A program made the translations under genes and the position numbers. Of a stretch of 64,000 nucleotides of DNA, positions 12,830 through 25,000 are shown one piece after another (position 1 is the stretch's first letter; each line of letters opens with the position of its first letter). Under the pieces are notes generated by a model, which did not search any database, was not told the DNA's origin, and saw nothing but the letters and a program-made list of their open reading frames with translations. The DNA is from Gracilinanus agilis (Eukaryota), in contig NC_058131.1 in assembly GCF_016433145.1 (NCBI RefSeq), forward strand, positions 265,966,662-266,030,661, in the 5' to 3' direction.

Positions 12830-13640
12830 TGAGGTTATAGATAAATGTTTTAAGACCCATACTTGGAATGACCTGCCAGGGCTTGCACTCTGATGGTATA
12901 ATCTTAGAAAAGAAATTAAGGTGTCTTCCATAACCCAAGATGCCATTAAAAGAAAACTTTAGGAATATCTTTACAGGAGAAAGATTAATCTGGCAGTAGT
13001 GTGAAGGATGGTTTGAGAGGGAAAAGCCTATCAGCAAGAAGACTATCAAGGAAGCTTTTGGAGTATTTCACTGAGAGGGCAATAAGGGACTATATATTAG
13101 GGTGACATCAGTAAGAATAGAAAGAAAAATACTGAAACTGACTACAGTGGTAGAACTAATGAGAACTGGTAATTGACTGGCTAAAGCTTATGAGGGAGAA
13201 AAAAGAATCAAAGATAACACAGATTTTGAGTATGGATGAGTAGATAAATGGCAGTGCCATTGAGAGAAATGAAGAAGTGAGAATGAGGAGTCTGTTTTAG
13301 GGAAAAGGTAAAATTTTGTTTTGAGTGTGTTGACTTGAAAATGCTATCAGACACTGAATTGAAGATGTACATCTAGAGTTCAGGAGAGAAGTCAGTTCTG
13401 GGGATAGAAACTTAGAAATCATCTTCATAAAGATAAGAAACTGTGAGGGTAGATGAAATTGCCAATAGAGTAAGTTCAGAGCCCTCAGAAGTCACTACTT
13501 CAAGGAGTTGGTAAGAGTTAAAGAAGGAGCTACAGAAGGTACTTGACCACACAGAAGTGGATAATAGATAAGGTAGATATATAGACATATAGATACAGTC
13601 ACCATCCTCAAGGAACTTACAATCTAATGTCAAATCTTAG
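12830..13640 (-). mobile_element. Old L2 LINE remnant
   Basis: Purine-rich reverse L2-like tract; boundaries approximate. Confidence 0.55.
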
Positions 13641-13690
13641 AAGTCTAAAACATACATAATATAGGTGGACTAAAAAAAATTGTCTATATT

Positions 13691-13847
13691 CATGGTGTCA
13701 AATTCAAAGAGAAATTAATTCCTCGACTTAGAAAACTACCAGCTAACATTATTGATGTTACATTACATTTTTATTTATGTTAAACTTTTCCTAATTACAT
13801 TTTAATCTTGTTAAAACTCAGGAATTTTACAGAATTTGACATCTCTA
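13691..13847. mobile_element. Degenerate hAT/Charlie-like MITE
   Basis: Imperfect terminal inverted repeats CATGGTGTCAAATTC ... GAATTTGACATCTCTA around an AT-rich core. Confidence 0.55.
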
Positions 13848-14511
13848 GTAGGACAAATAAACAAAACACTACCACACTCATTAACACACATACAAAAATA
13901 TGGGTTGGTTGGAGGCCACCATTTAATAGAGGGTTTAAGGTACATGTAGGTTAAAAAGGCTTCCTAAAGGAGAGTATGAGTATAGCTTCATACTATACAG
14001 CATGGCAAACCTAGTCTAAACATAGAAGGCAATTTAGATAAAACATTAGATATAGCAGAAAGGAAAGGGGATGACATATAGGTTGATCTGGCAAGAAGGA
14101 GTTGAAGTTAGAATAAGATCAGTTTATGGGATAAACTGGGAACATAATAGAAAAATTGGTGCATGTTTGCTCTATTAGGTGGTAGTATACCCACTCAAGA
14201 AATCTAAAAGTGGTTGTGACAGTCTGTACAACTGGCAGACTAACTTGCCTACAGTACATGAGATAGACTTAAATAAGGAGAAAGAAGCTAAACAAACCAT
14301 ACAGTATCTGGATGGTAAACAGAAAGGCTCTCTAACAAAATATTTTTAATTAAGATCTAGATTCAACAAACAGTTGTTAGGGCTAAATAGTCAAACTAAA
14401 ATTGTATTTACTTAACTCAAAAATAAAAAGGTAAAAAACTAGGAATGAGTCACTAGGTCTTGGCAAAGATAGAGCTTTGATCCTTGCTTTGCTTATTAAG
14501 AATTCTGTTCT

Positions 14512-14713
14512 GGGGCAGCTGGGTAGCTCAGTGGATTGAGAGTCAGGCCTAGAGACGGGAGGTCCTAGGTTCAAATCTGGCCTCAGATACTTCCTAGCTG
14601 TCAAGTCACTTGACCCCCATTGCCTAGCCCTTACCACACTTCTGCCTTGGAACCAATATTTTGTTCCAAGACAGAAGGTAAGGGTTTAAAAACAAAAAAA
14701 GAAGAAGAAGAAA
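14512..14713 (+). mobile_element. Opossum SINE1-type CORE-SINE
   Basis: GGGGCAGCTGGGTAGCTCAGTGG head, A-rich tail, degenerate TSD. Confidence 0.9.
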
Positions 14714-15840
14714 AAGAATTATGGTCCAAGTAGGAAGACTCTGTGGTCTATTTCCTTATAAAATCTGAACTAAGAACAATTTATAGAAAAGAGTCTTGCT
14801 TCCCATTTCTCATATTTAATTATGCTTATCTGTTTCCAGTGGGTATGATTCTCCTAATCAAAGGAACCAAATTCCTCTTACCTACTGTAGAGATCAGAAT
14901 TTCATGCCACTACTATATGTGAATGTAAACTCTCTCTTAAATCTATAAGATGACCAAAAAAGACTTTCTTGTGTGCTTAGTGGAGATATCTATAAAGTAT
15001 CTAATGCCCTTTTTATTACAATAGTCTTATATATGATTCATATTTCAAAACTCGATATTTCTTTCTTAGAGAGTTTTACAATCTTAAAAGTGGTAAACCT
15101 CTCCCTAAGTCCCATGAAAACAACTGGGAATGCATATACTCTGCATAGAGTAAGCATTTGATATCTGCTGAATTAATTTGTTGGTTAAATGAATGGTGAA
15201 TAATCATAAGTGAAGCAATAAAAAAAATCTCATATTTTGTTGAGAAATGCAAGTAGAGCCTAGTTAACAATTTTCTTTATGAGTATAATTTCAATCAAAG
15301 ATTTTCCTAAGAGGATTTAGTCCACAAAGTCTTAAATGTTTAATACTTTTCTTTTAAGTGGTGGGTAAATGGAAAAGATACTCAAAGTTAATGTAGTTGA
15401 AATATCTAACAACTTTAATACAAACTTCCCACTTATACCTTCTTCTTGAATTCTTTCTAAATACAGAACTTATATATGCCTATATTTATATACATGTTGT
15501 CTCTACCCTTCCTTAAGCTCCTTGACAACAAAGACTATTTTTGCCTTTTTTGGTATACCTGGCATTTAGCATAGTTCCTGACCCTTTGTAAGCACTTAGT
15601 AAATTCTTGTTAATTGATTGATCTAATCATCCAAACATCATTAATACCCTAATATTGTCACCAGAGTGGAATGTGTACCTTCTAATCCCTACAACCTATT
15701 AGTCTGCAGGAACAGCTTACTGCCACAACAAAACAGTGTTATAATTTAATCTTCTTTAATTTTTCAGCTGAAAGTATAGTTTATAACTTGTGATTATGTG
15801 TATGTAAGTTCTGGTTTATTCTCAGAAATATATTATCAAG

Positions 15841-16049
15841 GGGGCAGCAGAGTGGCTCAGTGAATTGAGAGCCAAGCCTAGAGATGGGCGGTCGTAGGTT
15901 CGAATCTGGCCTCAGATACTTTCTAGTTGTGTGACCCTGGGCAAGTCACTTAACCCCTACTGCCTAGCCCTTACCACTCTTCTGCCTTGGAACCAATACA
16001 CACAGTATTGATTTTAAGATGGAAGGTAAGGGTTTAAAAAAATAAAGAA
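15841..16049 (+). mobile_element. Opossum SINE1-type CORE-SINE about 90 nt from the GMEB2 exon 4 donor
   Basis: 15-bp TSD AGAAATATATTATCA at 15824-15838 / 16050-16064. Confidence 0.92.
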
Positions 16050-16140
16050 AGAAATATATTATCACTATAAGCCTTCCCACTCAAATATAAGTTCTTCTTT
16101 CAATCTTACTTGATCTTAGGAGAATGTTATATATACTCAC

Positions 16141-16268
16141 CTGAACACACTTCACATTAATGCCAGGACATACAAATTTCCTCCATATCAGGTTGGCTTT
16201 ACTATCTCCACAGGTGATGGGATAAACAATCTCAGTCTCCAAACTCTCCTCCTCTTCAGCCATCTTCA
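16141..16268 (-). CDS. GMEB2: GMEB2 exon 4 (start of SAND domain)
   Basis: 128 nt reading (V)KMAEEEESLETEIVYPITCGDSKANLIWRKFVCPGINVKCVQ; donor CAG|GTGAGT; phase 1 to phase 0. Confidence 0.97.
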
Positions 16269-17779
16269 CTTCTCACAAGTTATACAGATAGGAAAAAAGA
16301 AAGAAAAGAAAATCAATTACAATCTCTCAGTCCCAAATGCAGAAAACACAACTAACAATCTACAACTGAAAAATCAGTTACAGGAAGTTCCTGAGATAGA
16401 TCACTTAATTTACAGACATCTATTATACATTCTCCAGAGAGATAAAAAAGGTAAGGTAAGGGTAAAGGACTCCCTTTTGTTGCCCCTATGAAGTATGTTC
16501 TCACCATCCTGAATTATGGTTTGGCAATCCAAAAATCTCCCATAAAAATAATGCTTACATGTAGTGGAAAGTTCCCAGGCTAACTCATCAAACTCTATTT
16601 CAATTAAATTCAACAAACATTTACCAAGTACCTACCATATGCTATATAATGTCCTGGACCTTGGGGACACTAAGATAAGACTTGCCCTCAAAGGATTTAT
16701 AATCTACACAGGAAATAAGACAAACATTTAGATAACACTAAGAGAATCCACATGTAAACAGCCTAAGCCCATGGGAGAAGTTATAATAGAATGGTATTAG
16801 AAATATGAATAAGGGACAATTACTTATAGCTGGAGGGTATCTGAAAAGATATGGAGGTAGTATCACCCAAGCTGGTCCTTAAAGGAAAAGAAGGATTTCA
16901 ACAGATGGAAGGAGTGTGTTCCAGTCATGGAAGACAGCATGTTCTAAAGCACAGAGGAGGAAATGATAGGGTGAGGTTGGGTAAAGGCAGGTAATCTGGT
17001 TTGCTAGAACTATTTAATCCATGATGCAGCTGAAATTATTGCTACTATAGTTTATATACAACAATGGGCTACAATATAGGTTAGCCTGGTAATTTATCTA
17101 CCACTTAAAAGAATATTTCTATGGGAAACTGTGATCTAACTTCTAAACAACCAATTTATAAACCAACTTTTGGGCTCCTAACAGGCAATCGTGAAATGTC
17201 CACCAATATAGCAAAGTCAAAGTCCAGAAACTGAAGAATCCCTTTTGGAGGTAAAGTCAAGTTTTATTTAAAACAATTATACTGAAATTTCCTTTTATAG
17301 CATTTTCTATAATTATGAGCTTTTTGTTTTATGGAAAGGAAAATATTAAAGTTATCATACAAATACTAACATTTTCTGTAAACAATTATTAATAGTGAAT
17401 TATCAACATAATCATAAAAATAAATCCCGATAAATTATGCAAATGAACAAACTAATAATAAAAGAATGAAACAGAAGAGGGCAGCAAAGTTCTGGAATAA
17501 GCTGTCATCAGTTAAAATAAGAGAAGAGATATAGCCACAAACTAAGAATTTTAGAGCAAGAATAACAGATAATTTAAGAGAAAATTAAGACAAATGGAAT
17601 TTTTAAAAAAATAATTTAAAATGACTGAGCCTGCAGGCCTCTTCAAAAAGTTCAAAGACCTTCTAAGTTAGAGGATAATGTCCAATATTGATCCAAAGCA
17701 AATACCATCATTTAAAATATTCCAAGGTAGAGTCATGAGAATAAATAATGAGAAAAGAAATGCTTTGCATGTTTCCTAC

Positions 17780-17877
17780 CTAATACTGCTTCCTTCAGCT
17801 GTGAAGAAGCTGTGAAAGCAGCTGCGGCTGCAGCTGCTGCATTTTCTGTTTCCATGTTGTCTTCTGTAAGGTCTCCC
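17780..17877 (-). CDS. GMEB2: GMEB2 exon 3 (contains an Ala8 tract)
   Basis: 98 nt reading (G)GDLTEDNMETENAAAAAAAAFTASSQLKEAVL; acceptor ttatcag, donor G|GTAGGA; phase 2 to phase 1. Confidence 0.97.
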
Positions 17878-18197
17878 CTGATAAGCAATTAAAATTTTAA
17901 AAAGTTAGTAAAGATCAACACTACTGAACTTAGAGTACATCATCTGAATGCTTGAAAAAAGCTCAATGCTTCCCTTTGAGAGTGCTTTTATTTCTCAGTA
18001 TATCTTTTATCTACTTAGCTATTTTCATACTGTCTCCACCATTAAAATTCAGCTAGAAGGCAGCCGATGCTTCAGCCTTTCTTTTTATCTCTCTCCTAGC
18101 ACATATTAAACATAGTACATGCATGCTGGCTGACTGATTTATTTTACTTGTTAAATGTTTAGTCAAAACCACTTTTCCCTACTTTAATAGGATACAC

Positions 18198-18416
18198 CAG
18201 TGATGGGCAAACTACAGCCCACCAGCCAGATGCAAGGGGGGTAGGGGAGGATGCCTGAAATGTTCTATCTGGCCAGGTGATATTATTCCTAATCTGAAGA
18301 ATACAATGAGTAGGATACAATACAATGAAACTTCGAAAGAGCTGCCTTAGAAACAGACTGACAGATGAGCATTTCCTTTCCTTTGGCCCCCTCTTTAAAA
18401 AGTTTGCCCATCATTG
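18198..18416 (+). mobile_element. Complete hAT-type MITE (219 bp)
   Basis: Terminal inverted repeats CAGTGATGGGCAAAC ... GTTTGCCCATCATTG; degenerate 8-bp target-site duplication (TSD) GGATACAC / AGATATAC. Confidence 0.85.
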
Positions 18417-18660
18417 AGATATACCATGCAGTACTAATAATCAATACACATGTTTTTTGCTCACCAACAAGAAATAGGTAGAACTCAGAGAATGTTAGAA
18501 TCTGGAAGGATCCTTAGAGATTAAATGGTTCTTAATTTTACAAATATTCACTTCTAATATTCTTTTATTTTCAGGTAGTCAAATAACTACTTGTCCTCAT
18601 TTAGCTTCCCAAGGAAGGGATGCCTGGGATAGAGCCCTACAGTTAAAAATCATGGATCAA

Positions 18661-18860
18661 GGCAGGTAGGTGGCTCAGTGGATAGAGGTAGGACTGGAGA
18701 TAGAAGGTCTCGGATTCAAATCTAACCTTAGATACTTCCTAGCTGTATAACCCTGGACAAATCACTTAATCTTGATTGCCCAGTCCTTATCACTCTTCTG
18801 CTTTGGAACCAATATTTAGTGTTGATTCTACGACAGAAGGTAAGGGTTTAGAATAAAATC
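18661..18860 (+). mobile_element. Opossum SINE1-type CORE-SINE, diverged
   Basis: Head, core and GGTAAGGGTTTA tail present. Confidence 0.85.
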
Positions 18861-18979
18861 ATGGATCCCTAAAAGTCCTAAACTCCCCTCTCCTAAAAAG
18901 AAACAAATTCTGAAATCTGAGAGGCATTGATACATGTGACTAATCATTTTACAGTTATGTACATACAAGAAAGGAATGC

Positions 18980-19185
18980 ACAGTAGATAGAGTGTCAGGC
19001 CTAGAGTCAAGAAGACTACATTCCAGGGTTCAAATCTGGCCTCTGATACTTTTAACCCTGTTGGCCTCAGCTTCCTCATCTGTCAAATAAACTAGAAAAG
19101 GAAATGGCAAACCACTCCAGTTTTCTTTGCCAAGAAAATCCCAAATAAGGTCATGAAGAGTCAGACATGATTAAAAACAAATGAA
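18980..19185 (+). mobile_element. Mar1-type CORE-SINE with RTE/BovB-like tail
   Basis: Tail GGAAATGGCAAACCACTCCAG...TTTGCCAAGAAAA...GAAGAGTCAGACATGA. Confidence 0.85.
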
Positions 19186-21506
19186 TGACAAAGATACAAG
19201 AAAATGTATATACAATATGTAATCAATTCACTAAAATCAATTAATCACAGTTCCAGAACTAATTTCCCAATCTGGTTTTTCTTTCCTGCTCTTTGTCTTT
19301 GATTTTTCTTTTTGACCATATGTTTAAAAGTTACTATGGGATTAAATAAAGTTTTCTACATGTGGAATTCTAGAATTCAAGGTTCACCAGATTCTATTCT
19401 TTGTTCATTTTTTTAGATAAGGAAACTGAAGCCCTGGGAAAACAACAGCTTTCATGTAGTCAATGTAGATTATAATAATAATAATAATACCAGTATTAAA
19501 ACTCAAAATACTTAAGCTTCCCTAGCATAGTTAATCTTTGGCTGGAAATCACCTCACCGAAATGTTCTGGTTCTGCCTACCATTGTTCAATCTATAAACA
19601 TTGTCACCTAAGCTGTATTGTTCAAAACATGATTCAATTCAATAAGTATTTACTACGTTAGTCAATAAGCATTTATTACATGACTATGTGCCAAGCACAG
19701 TGTTGTGCCTGTCTAGTACATGCTAAGCACAGTGCTAAATGCTAGGAATATGATCACAAAAATGAAATGGTCTCAGCACTTGGTAGTCAATTACATTCAA
19801 ATGTGGGATTCTCTGAGGTAGAAAAGAAGAGGGAGAACCAACCAGGCATGGGGGACAGTTTGTAAAAAGGTAAAAGAGGTACAACGGTTAAGTAGACCAA
19901 TTTGACAAAAAACATAAGAGTATGTAATGCTAATAAGACAAAGAAGAGGCATTTGGCCCCAGTAAAGGCCAGTTTAATTGCATTTTATTTCATGGACAAA
20001 GACTGCATCATCAGTAACAGAAATAAATACTAGCTCTTGGTACTACCAGTCAAAGATATCCACGCACGCCTATGGAAAGGATCTCATAATATGTTTCTAT
20101 GATCATCGTTTATTCAACAAACATAAAAAAAAAAAAAAAAGGTTTGTCAGGTACTAAAGTTTACAAAAATATATAAGATATTCTTATTGATTGCCTTCAA
20201 AAATTACTGTAAAATGTAATAAAGGAGAGGAGATAAGATCTACACACATAAACATACAGGATGACTGAAAGCCTTAGTGCAGTTTAAGTTACTGAGACAC
20301 TGTATAATACAGAACAGAATGTGGTAAAAATGAGGGGTACAAAAAAAGACAGTTTGTCCGAGCACATGTAAAAGAGCCCCAAGTAGTTTTCATGGCCTCC
20401 TCAAGCACATTCTGTCTGCCCTATGGTGGTTTCAGTTGGTACTTGAGCATTTCCACCTATGTATTTATAATAGGCAGGTTAGAGGGCAGATAATACACAC
20501 TTTAGAGGACATTTGTCTTTGGCTGACATCATTCAGAAGGAGCTGCCACAGGCTGAGTTCAAACCTTCTTGTGACCAAATAAATAAACTCAGTTTATCTG
20601 AAGTTTTAAGATTCAAGAAGCCTACAGGGTATTTTCTCTTTGTAAATCTTAAGGTTTCATTTGCAGAGCAGAATGAGCACAGAAACTCCTTTAAAGATTA
20701 TGTCTGACAATGAAAAGCACCTGGTTTAAGACTTTTCAGTCTTTCCTAATGGCCATCAACAGCCTATTGTAGTCAAGGACCTAAATTCATTGCTATGGCA
20801 ACCACTCTTCTATGCTTGAGGGTTCTGTACTAATAAGGGATAATTAATCACTTTCCAAAATGTCAAAGTTTTGTTCTACTTGAAACCAGGTCAGAAACTA
20901 GAGTTTATTAAAAATGCAAACTTGCAATCGGTTGTTCTTTAGCACTCAGAATTGATTATATTAATTTGATTCTATCTGGTTCAAGCTCAGGAGGTATAGC
21001 TGTAGTGTGAAACTAGGAAATTATAACCTCGGGAATTTCTTCCCCGCTCTCCTAAATAACAAGTTTCCTGGAAGTAAATATTTCTGGAATTAAAGGCAGA
21101 TAAAAACCAGAGAAAAGGAGTATGATATAATCAATCAGTCAACAAGCATTTGTTAAGCACCTACTATGTATCAGATATGCCTGACTCTGGAGTCAGCAAG
21201 TGTAAATTTTGCCTTAACACATATGCTATCATTTCCCAGTGCCCCAGGATCTGCTTTGGCTGAAGGAGTTCCTTATCATAGGTGAAGTTTAAAAAAAAAA
21301 ATACCAAGCACCTTCTAGGTGCTGGGAATATGAAAAGTGTGCAAGAGTTCCTGCTCTCAAGGAATTTGCTTTCTACTGGGGGAAGCAACATACACATTTA
21401 TAATTATATCAAATGTAAATATGAAACAAATACAAGGTAGTTTAAGGAGGTAGGGAGAGTGGAACCATTAGAAAAAGCTACATGTAAAAGCTGAAAAACT
21501 AGAGAT

Positions 21507-21721
21507 TGTGATAATTAGATTACATCTACACTGCCCATCTTTAGATTTAATCACCAAAGGTGAAAACATCTCCATTTTTGGGAGGTCCATAACCCACACG
21601 TGCTAGAGATCATCAGAATTGACTGACTGCCCCCCTAGGCAGTCCTAAGAGAAGCGTTTGTTGTGATTGGACAGGCAAACTAGGAGGGAGGCACAGGAAG
21701 TGACATATAAGTGACCCCTTT

Positions 21722-21753
<32 letters not shown>

Positions 21754-22182
21754 TTGAGTGAGTCAGGAGGTCTTCTGGAGAAGAAGGCTTCTGGAGAAGC
21801 AGGTCTTCTGGTTCATGGAGGAGTGCTGGCTGGGACCCTGAAACCTTGGTGAGACTGTTCTTGGTAAGTTTAAAGACTGAATCTTCCTGAACTTCTCTTA
21901 AGGAAATTCCCTTTAATAGAGACTCTGTGACTGAAGCTTTTGCTTCATTCGCCTCTGGGCCCCTCAGCCCCTAGGCTTGGGTTAATTAGATCTACCTAGG
22001 GGATCCTAGCAATTTACTTACTGTGTTAGATTCCTATTTCCTTATTTCTTCTACCTCTTCTCAATTGTAAATAAATCCCCATAAAAGTCAATTTTGACTT
22101 GAGGTTATTCCTTAATTAGGGAAATTTCCCCTGGTGACCAAATTTTAATATATTCGACCAAAAACCCTTTTTCCCCCTTACA
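21507..22182 (+). mobile_element. Solo LTR (676 bp, ERV1-type by TSD length) in GMEB2 intron 2
   Basis: Starts TG, ends CA, 4-bp TSD AGAT (21503-21506 / 22183-22186). Inverted CCAAT 21666-21670, ETS CAGGAAGTG 21694-21702, TATA-like CATATAA 21704-21710, AATAAA 22070-22075. It interrupts an L2 remnant. Confidence 0.88.
21727..21752. repeat. (GA)n microsatellite inside the solo LTR
   Basis: Read directly from the sequence. Confidence 0.9.
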
Positions 22183-22837
22183 AGATGAAGAGCCACATGT
22201 GCATATGGGTTTGCTCTTTTGTGTGTTACACCAAGGTGGCCAGTTTGGGAAGCAGAGTAATGCATAAGACTAGAAAGGTAGGTTGTGGCAGGACTGTGAA
22301 AGGCTTTAAATGTTTAAATGCAAAAAAGAGGAGTCTGTATCTAATTCTAGAAACAATTGGGGAACACTGGAGTTGAGTGAAAAAGTGACATCACCAGAGC
22401 TATGCTTAAGAATAATCACTTTGACAGGTAGGTAGAGAATTTATTTAAATGGGGAGGGGCTTGAGGTAGAAAATGTAATTAGGGGGAAAACCCAACAATC
22501 CAAGTGAGAGGTGATGAAAAGCATGAGTGGAGAAGGGTTTAGAGAAGTTGTACAGGTACAAACAGCCAGATTTCACAACACTGGATATGTGGGGTGAAGA
22601 GGAATAAAGCATTCATTAATAATAATGCCAAGGTGGTGAACTTGGGAGGCTAGAAGGATTGTGGCATGCTTAACAAAAACAGGGAAACTAGAAAAGATAG
22701 TTTGGGGGAATGATAAGTTCAGTTTTGCATACAATGAACTGAGATGTCTAATAGACAATTGGTGATATGTGATTAGAGCTTAGGAAAAGACTGGGGTTGG
22801 ATATACAAACTAGTTATCTGCATGAAGATAATCACTG

Positions 22838-23015
22838 GAGCAGCTAGGTTGCTTAGTAGATAGGGCACCAGGCCTGGAAAGGGGAGGTCCTGGGCTCAAA
22901 TCTGGCCTCAGACACCGCTTAGCTATGAGTCCCTGGGCAAGTCGCTTAACCCCAATTCTAGTCATTACCATTTACCTGCCTAAGGCAAAAGCTAAGAGTT
23001 AAAAAAAAAAAAAAT
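22838..23015 (+). mobile_element. SINE1-like CORE-SINE nested in an L2 remnant
   Basis: GGAGCAGCTAGGT head, CCCTGGGCAAGTC core, A tail. Confidence 0.75.
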
Positions 23016-23654
23016 AGTCATTAAAACCATGTAAACTGATTCAGCCATCAATGAGAAAGTACAGAGATGAGGACCCAGAACAGGCCTTGGGAGGGTATAC
23101 CCACTCTTAGAGTATGATATGAAAGATGACCTAGCAAAGGAGACTGAAAGAGAAGTCAAATAGGTAAGAACCTAAAGAGAATATATAGTCACAATAAGCC
23201 CAGAGAAAATAAAGTATCCAAGAGAAGAAGGTTTTCCAATAGTAACAAATGCTACAAGATTAAGGCCTGGAAAAAGACCACCAGATTTGGCAATTAAGAG
23301 GCCAATACTAACACTACAAAGAACAACTTCAATTGAATGATGAGGTCAGAAGCCAAACATCATAGTGCCAGCCAGCAAGCATTTATTAAGCACTTATTAT
23401 GAGCCACAAACTGTGCTAAGGGGCTGAGATATAAAGAAAGGCAAAAATACGGTCACATCCACAAAGATTTTATACTCTAATAGGGAAATAATATGCAAAC
23501 AACTATGATACACAAATTCTGTACAGAATAATTGGAAAGTAATTTCAAAGGGAAATTATCAGCAGTAGGAAGGAAAAGCCTCTTAAAAGGGGTAAGAAAT
23601 CAATGAGAAATGAAGAACAGGAAATAGTGCCAGTCTTAGAAGTAGTATGTAGGG

Positions 23655-23965
23655 GACAGGGTTTATGGAGTGTTCAGGGAGGCCTAGCACTTCTGGTATG
23701 AGGGCCTTTTCAGGGCTGCTCATCCACCTTTGTTGTCTACCTTCCATCCAACTCTTACCTGTGGCTCCAAGAAGCCGTGGCATGCACAGTGACCACTTCC
23801 TGGTAAAAACCATCTCAGCAGAGGAGCTAAACCAGGTTGAGAGTAACTGACAGGCCTCAAACCCATTGGGTTAGACTAGAGAGATGTCTACCACAAATAT
23901 GTGAAGACTTCCCCTGACAGAATGGGCAGGTGAGAACAATTTGTTCCTACAGCCATATGAAGTTT
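23655..23965 (+). mobile_element. RTE-related marsupial element fragment (RTE/WALLSI type)
   Basis: GC-richer block (CTTTTCAGGGCTGCTCATCCACCTTTG...GTGAAGACTTCCCCTG...GAGAACAATTTGTTCC) resembling marsupial RTE-family sequence from memory; exact family uncertain. Confidence 0.55.
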
Positions 23966-24817
23966 GTTATTCTGGTGGAAAGAAGTTATGGCAAAAATAA
24001 AATAAAACAACAACAAAAAAAATGAGTAAGTAAAATACCTTCACCTCAATGTACATTGGGTACTGCTTACTTCTAGAGTCAAACAGAATTAAAGTCACCA
24101 TACTTTAGTGGACCCATAGAAAATTTCACTTAATCCTTACCACCCAGAAAGGGAAATTGGACAGGTATTATCTTACAGATGAAAGACCTGTGATTAGAGA
24201 AGCCAAGGTCCCAAAGTGGCAAAGCTAAGCCCAAAATCCTCTTAAGTTTACCTAGTGCTCTTTCCACTGTGCATGCTAAGAAATGTGAAACATCAATTTA
24301 CTCACACTTTTCTTCAGAGGCAATTTAATTTGTTAGGCTCAATTAAGTGAATAAGATAGATGATAGAAGAATATGGAGGCTGGATGTCATGGTTGAAAGA
24401 GAACCAGATTTAGTCAAAAGACCCAAGTTTAAATTCCATTTCTTCTTCCTATTAGCTCTGTCATCTTGGAAAAGTCACTTAAGCTTTCTGGGCCTCAATT
24501 TACTTATCTATAAAATGAAGTGAATGTTGAATGACAATTTCTCAAGTCTACTTCCTGCTTTAAAAGCTAACATCTTTTGACAACCTCCATCAAGTGAATT
24601 TGTGGAAGATGGCTCCTACATGGAAACTGAGCACTGCTGCAATACTTCATACTAACCTCAGCTAACGAGAACTTAATTCACTAAAATTTGCATTTCAAAT
24701 TTCTCTTGAGGTTTCTGCTCACTTAAATAGAATCTTAGAAGTGGAGAAGGCTTAAAGATCATAAACTTTGAAGCAAAGATTGGTATATTCTGCTGATTTA
24801 GAAAAGCTATGAAATTG

Positions 24818-25000
24818 GAGCAGTTAGATGGCTCAATGGAAAGAGCACCAGGCTTAGAGACAGGAGGACATGGGTTCAAATCTGACCTCAGACACTTCCT
24901 AATTGTGTGACCCTGGGCAAGTCACTTAACTCCTACTAGCCCTTACCACTCTTGTCTTGGAATTGATACAGAAGGTAAGAGTTTTTTTTTAAAAAAGAAA
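24818..25000 (+). mobile_element. Opossum SINE1-type CORE-SINE
   Basis: Head, GTGTGACCCTGGGCAAGTCACTTAAC core and tail present. Confidence 0.85.

Larger units (their letters stand above)
21130..23420 (-). mobile_element. Old L2 LINE remnant interrupted by the solo LTR and a SINE
   Basis: CAATCAGTCAACAAGCATTTGTTAAGCACCTACTATG reverse L2 tail followed by purine-rich L2-like body. Confidence 0.55.
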
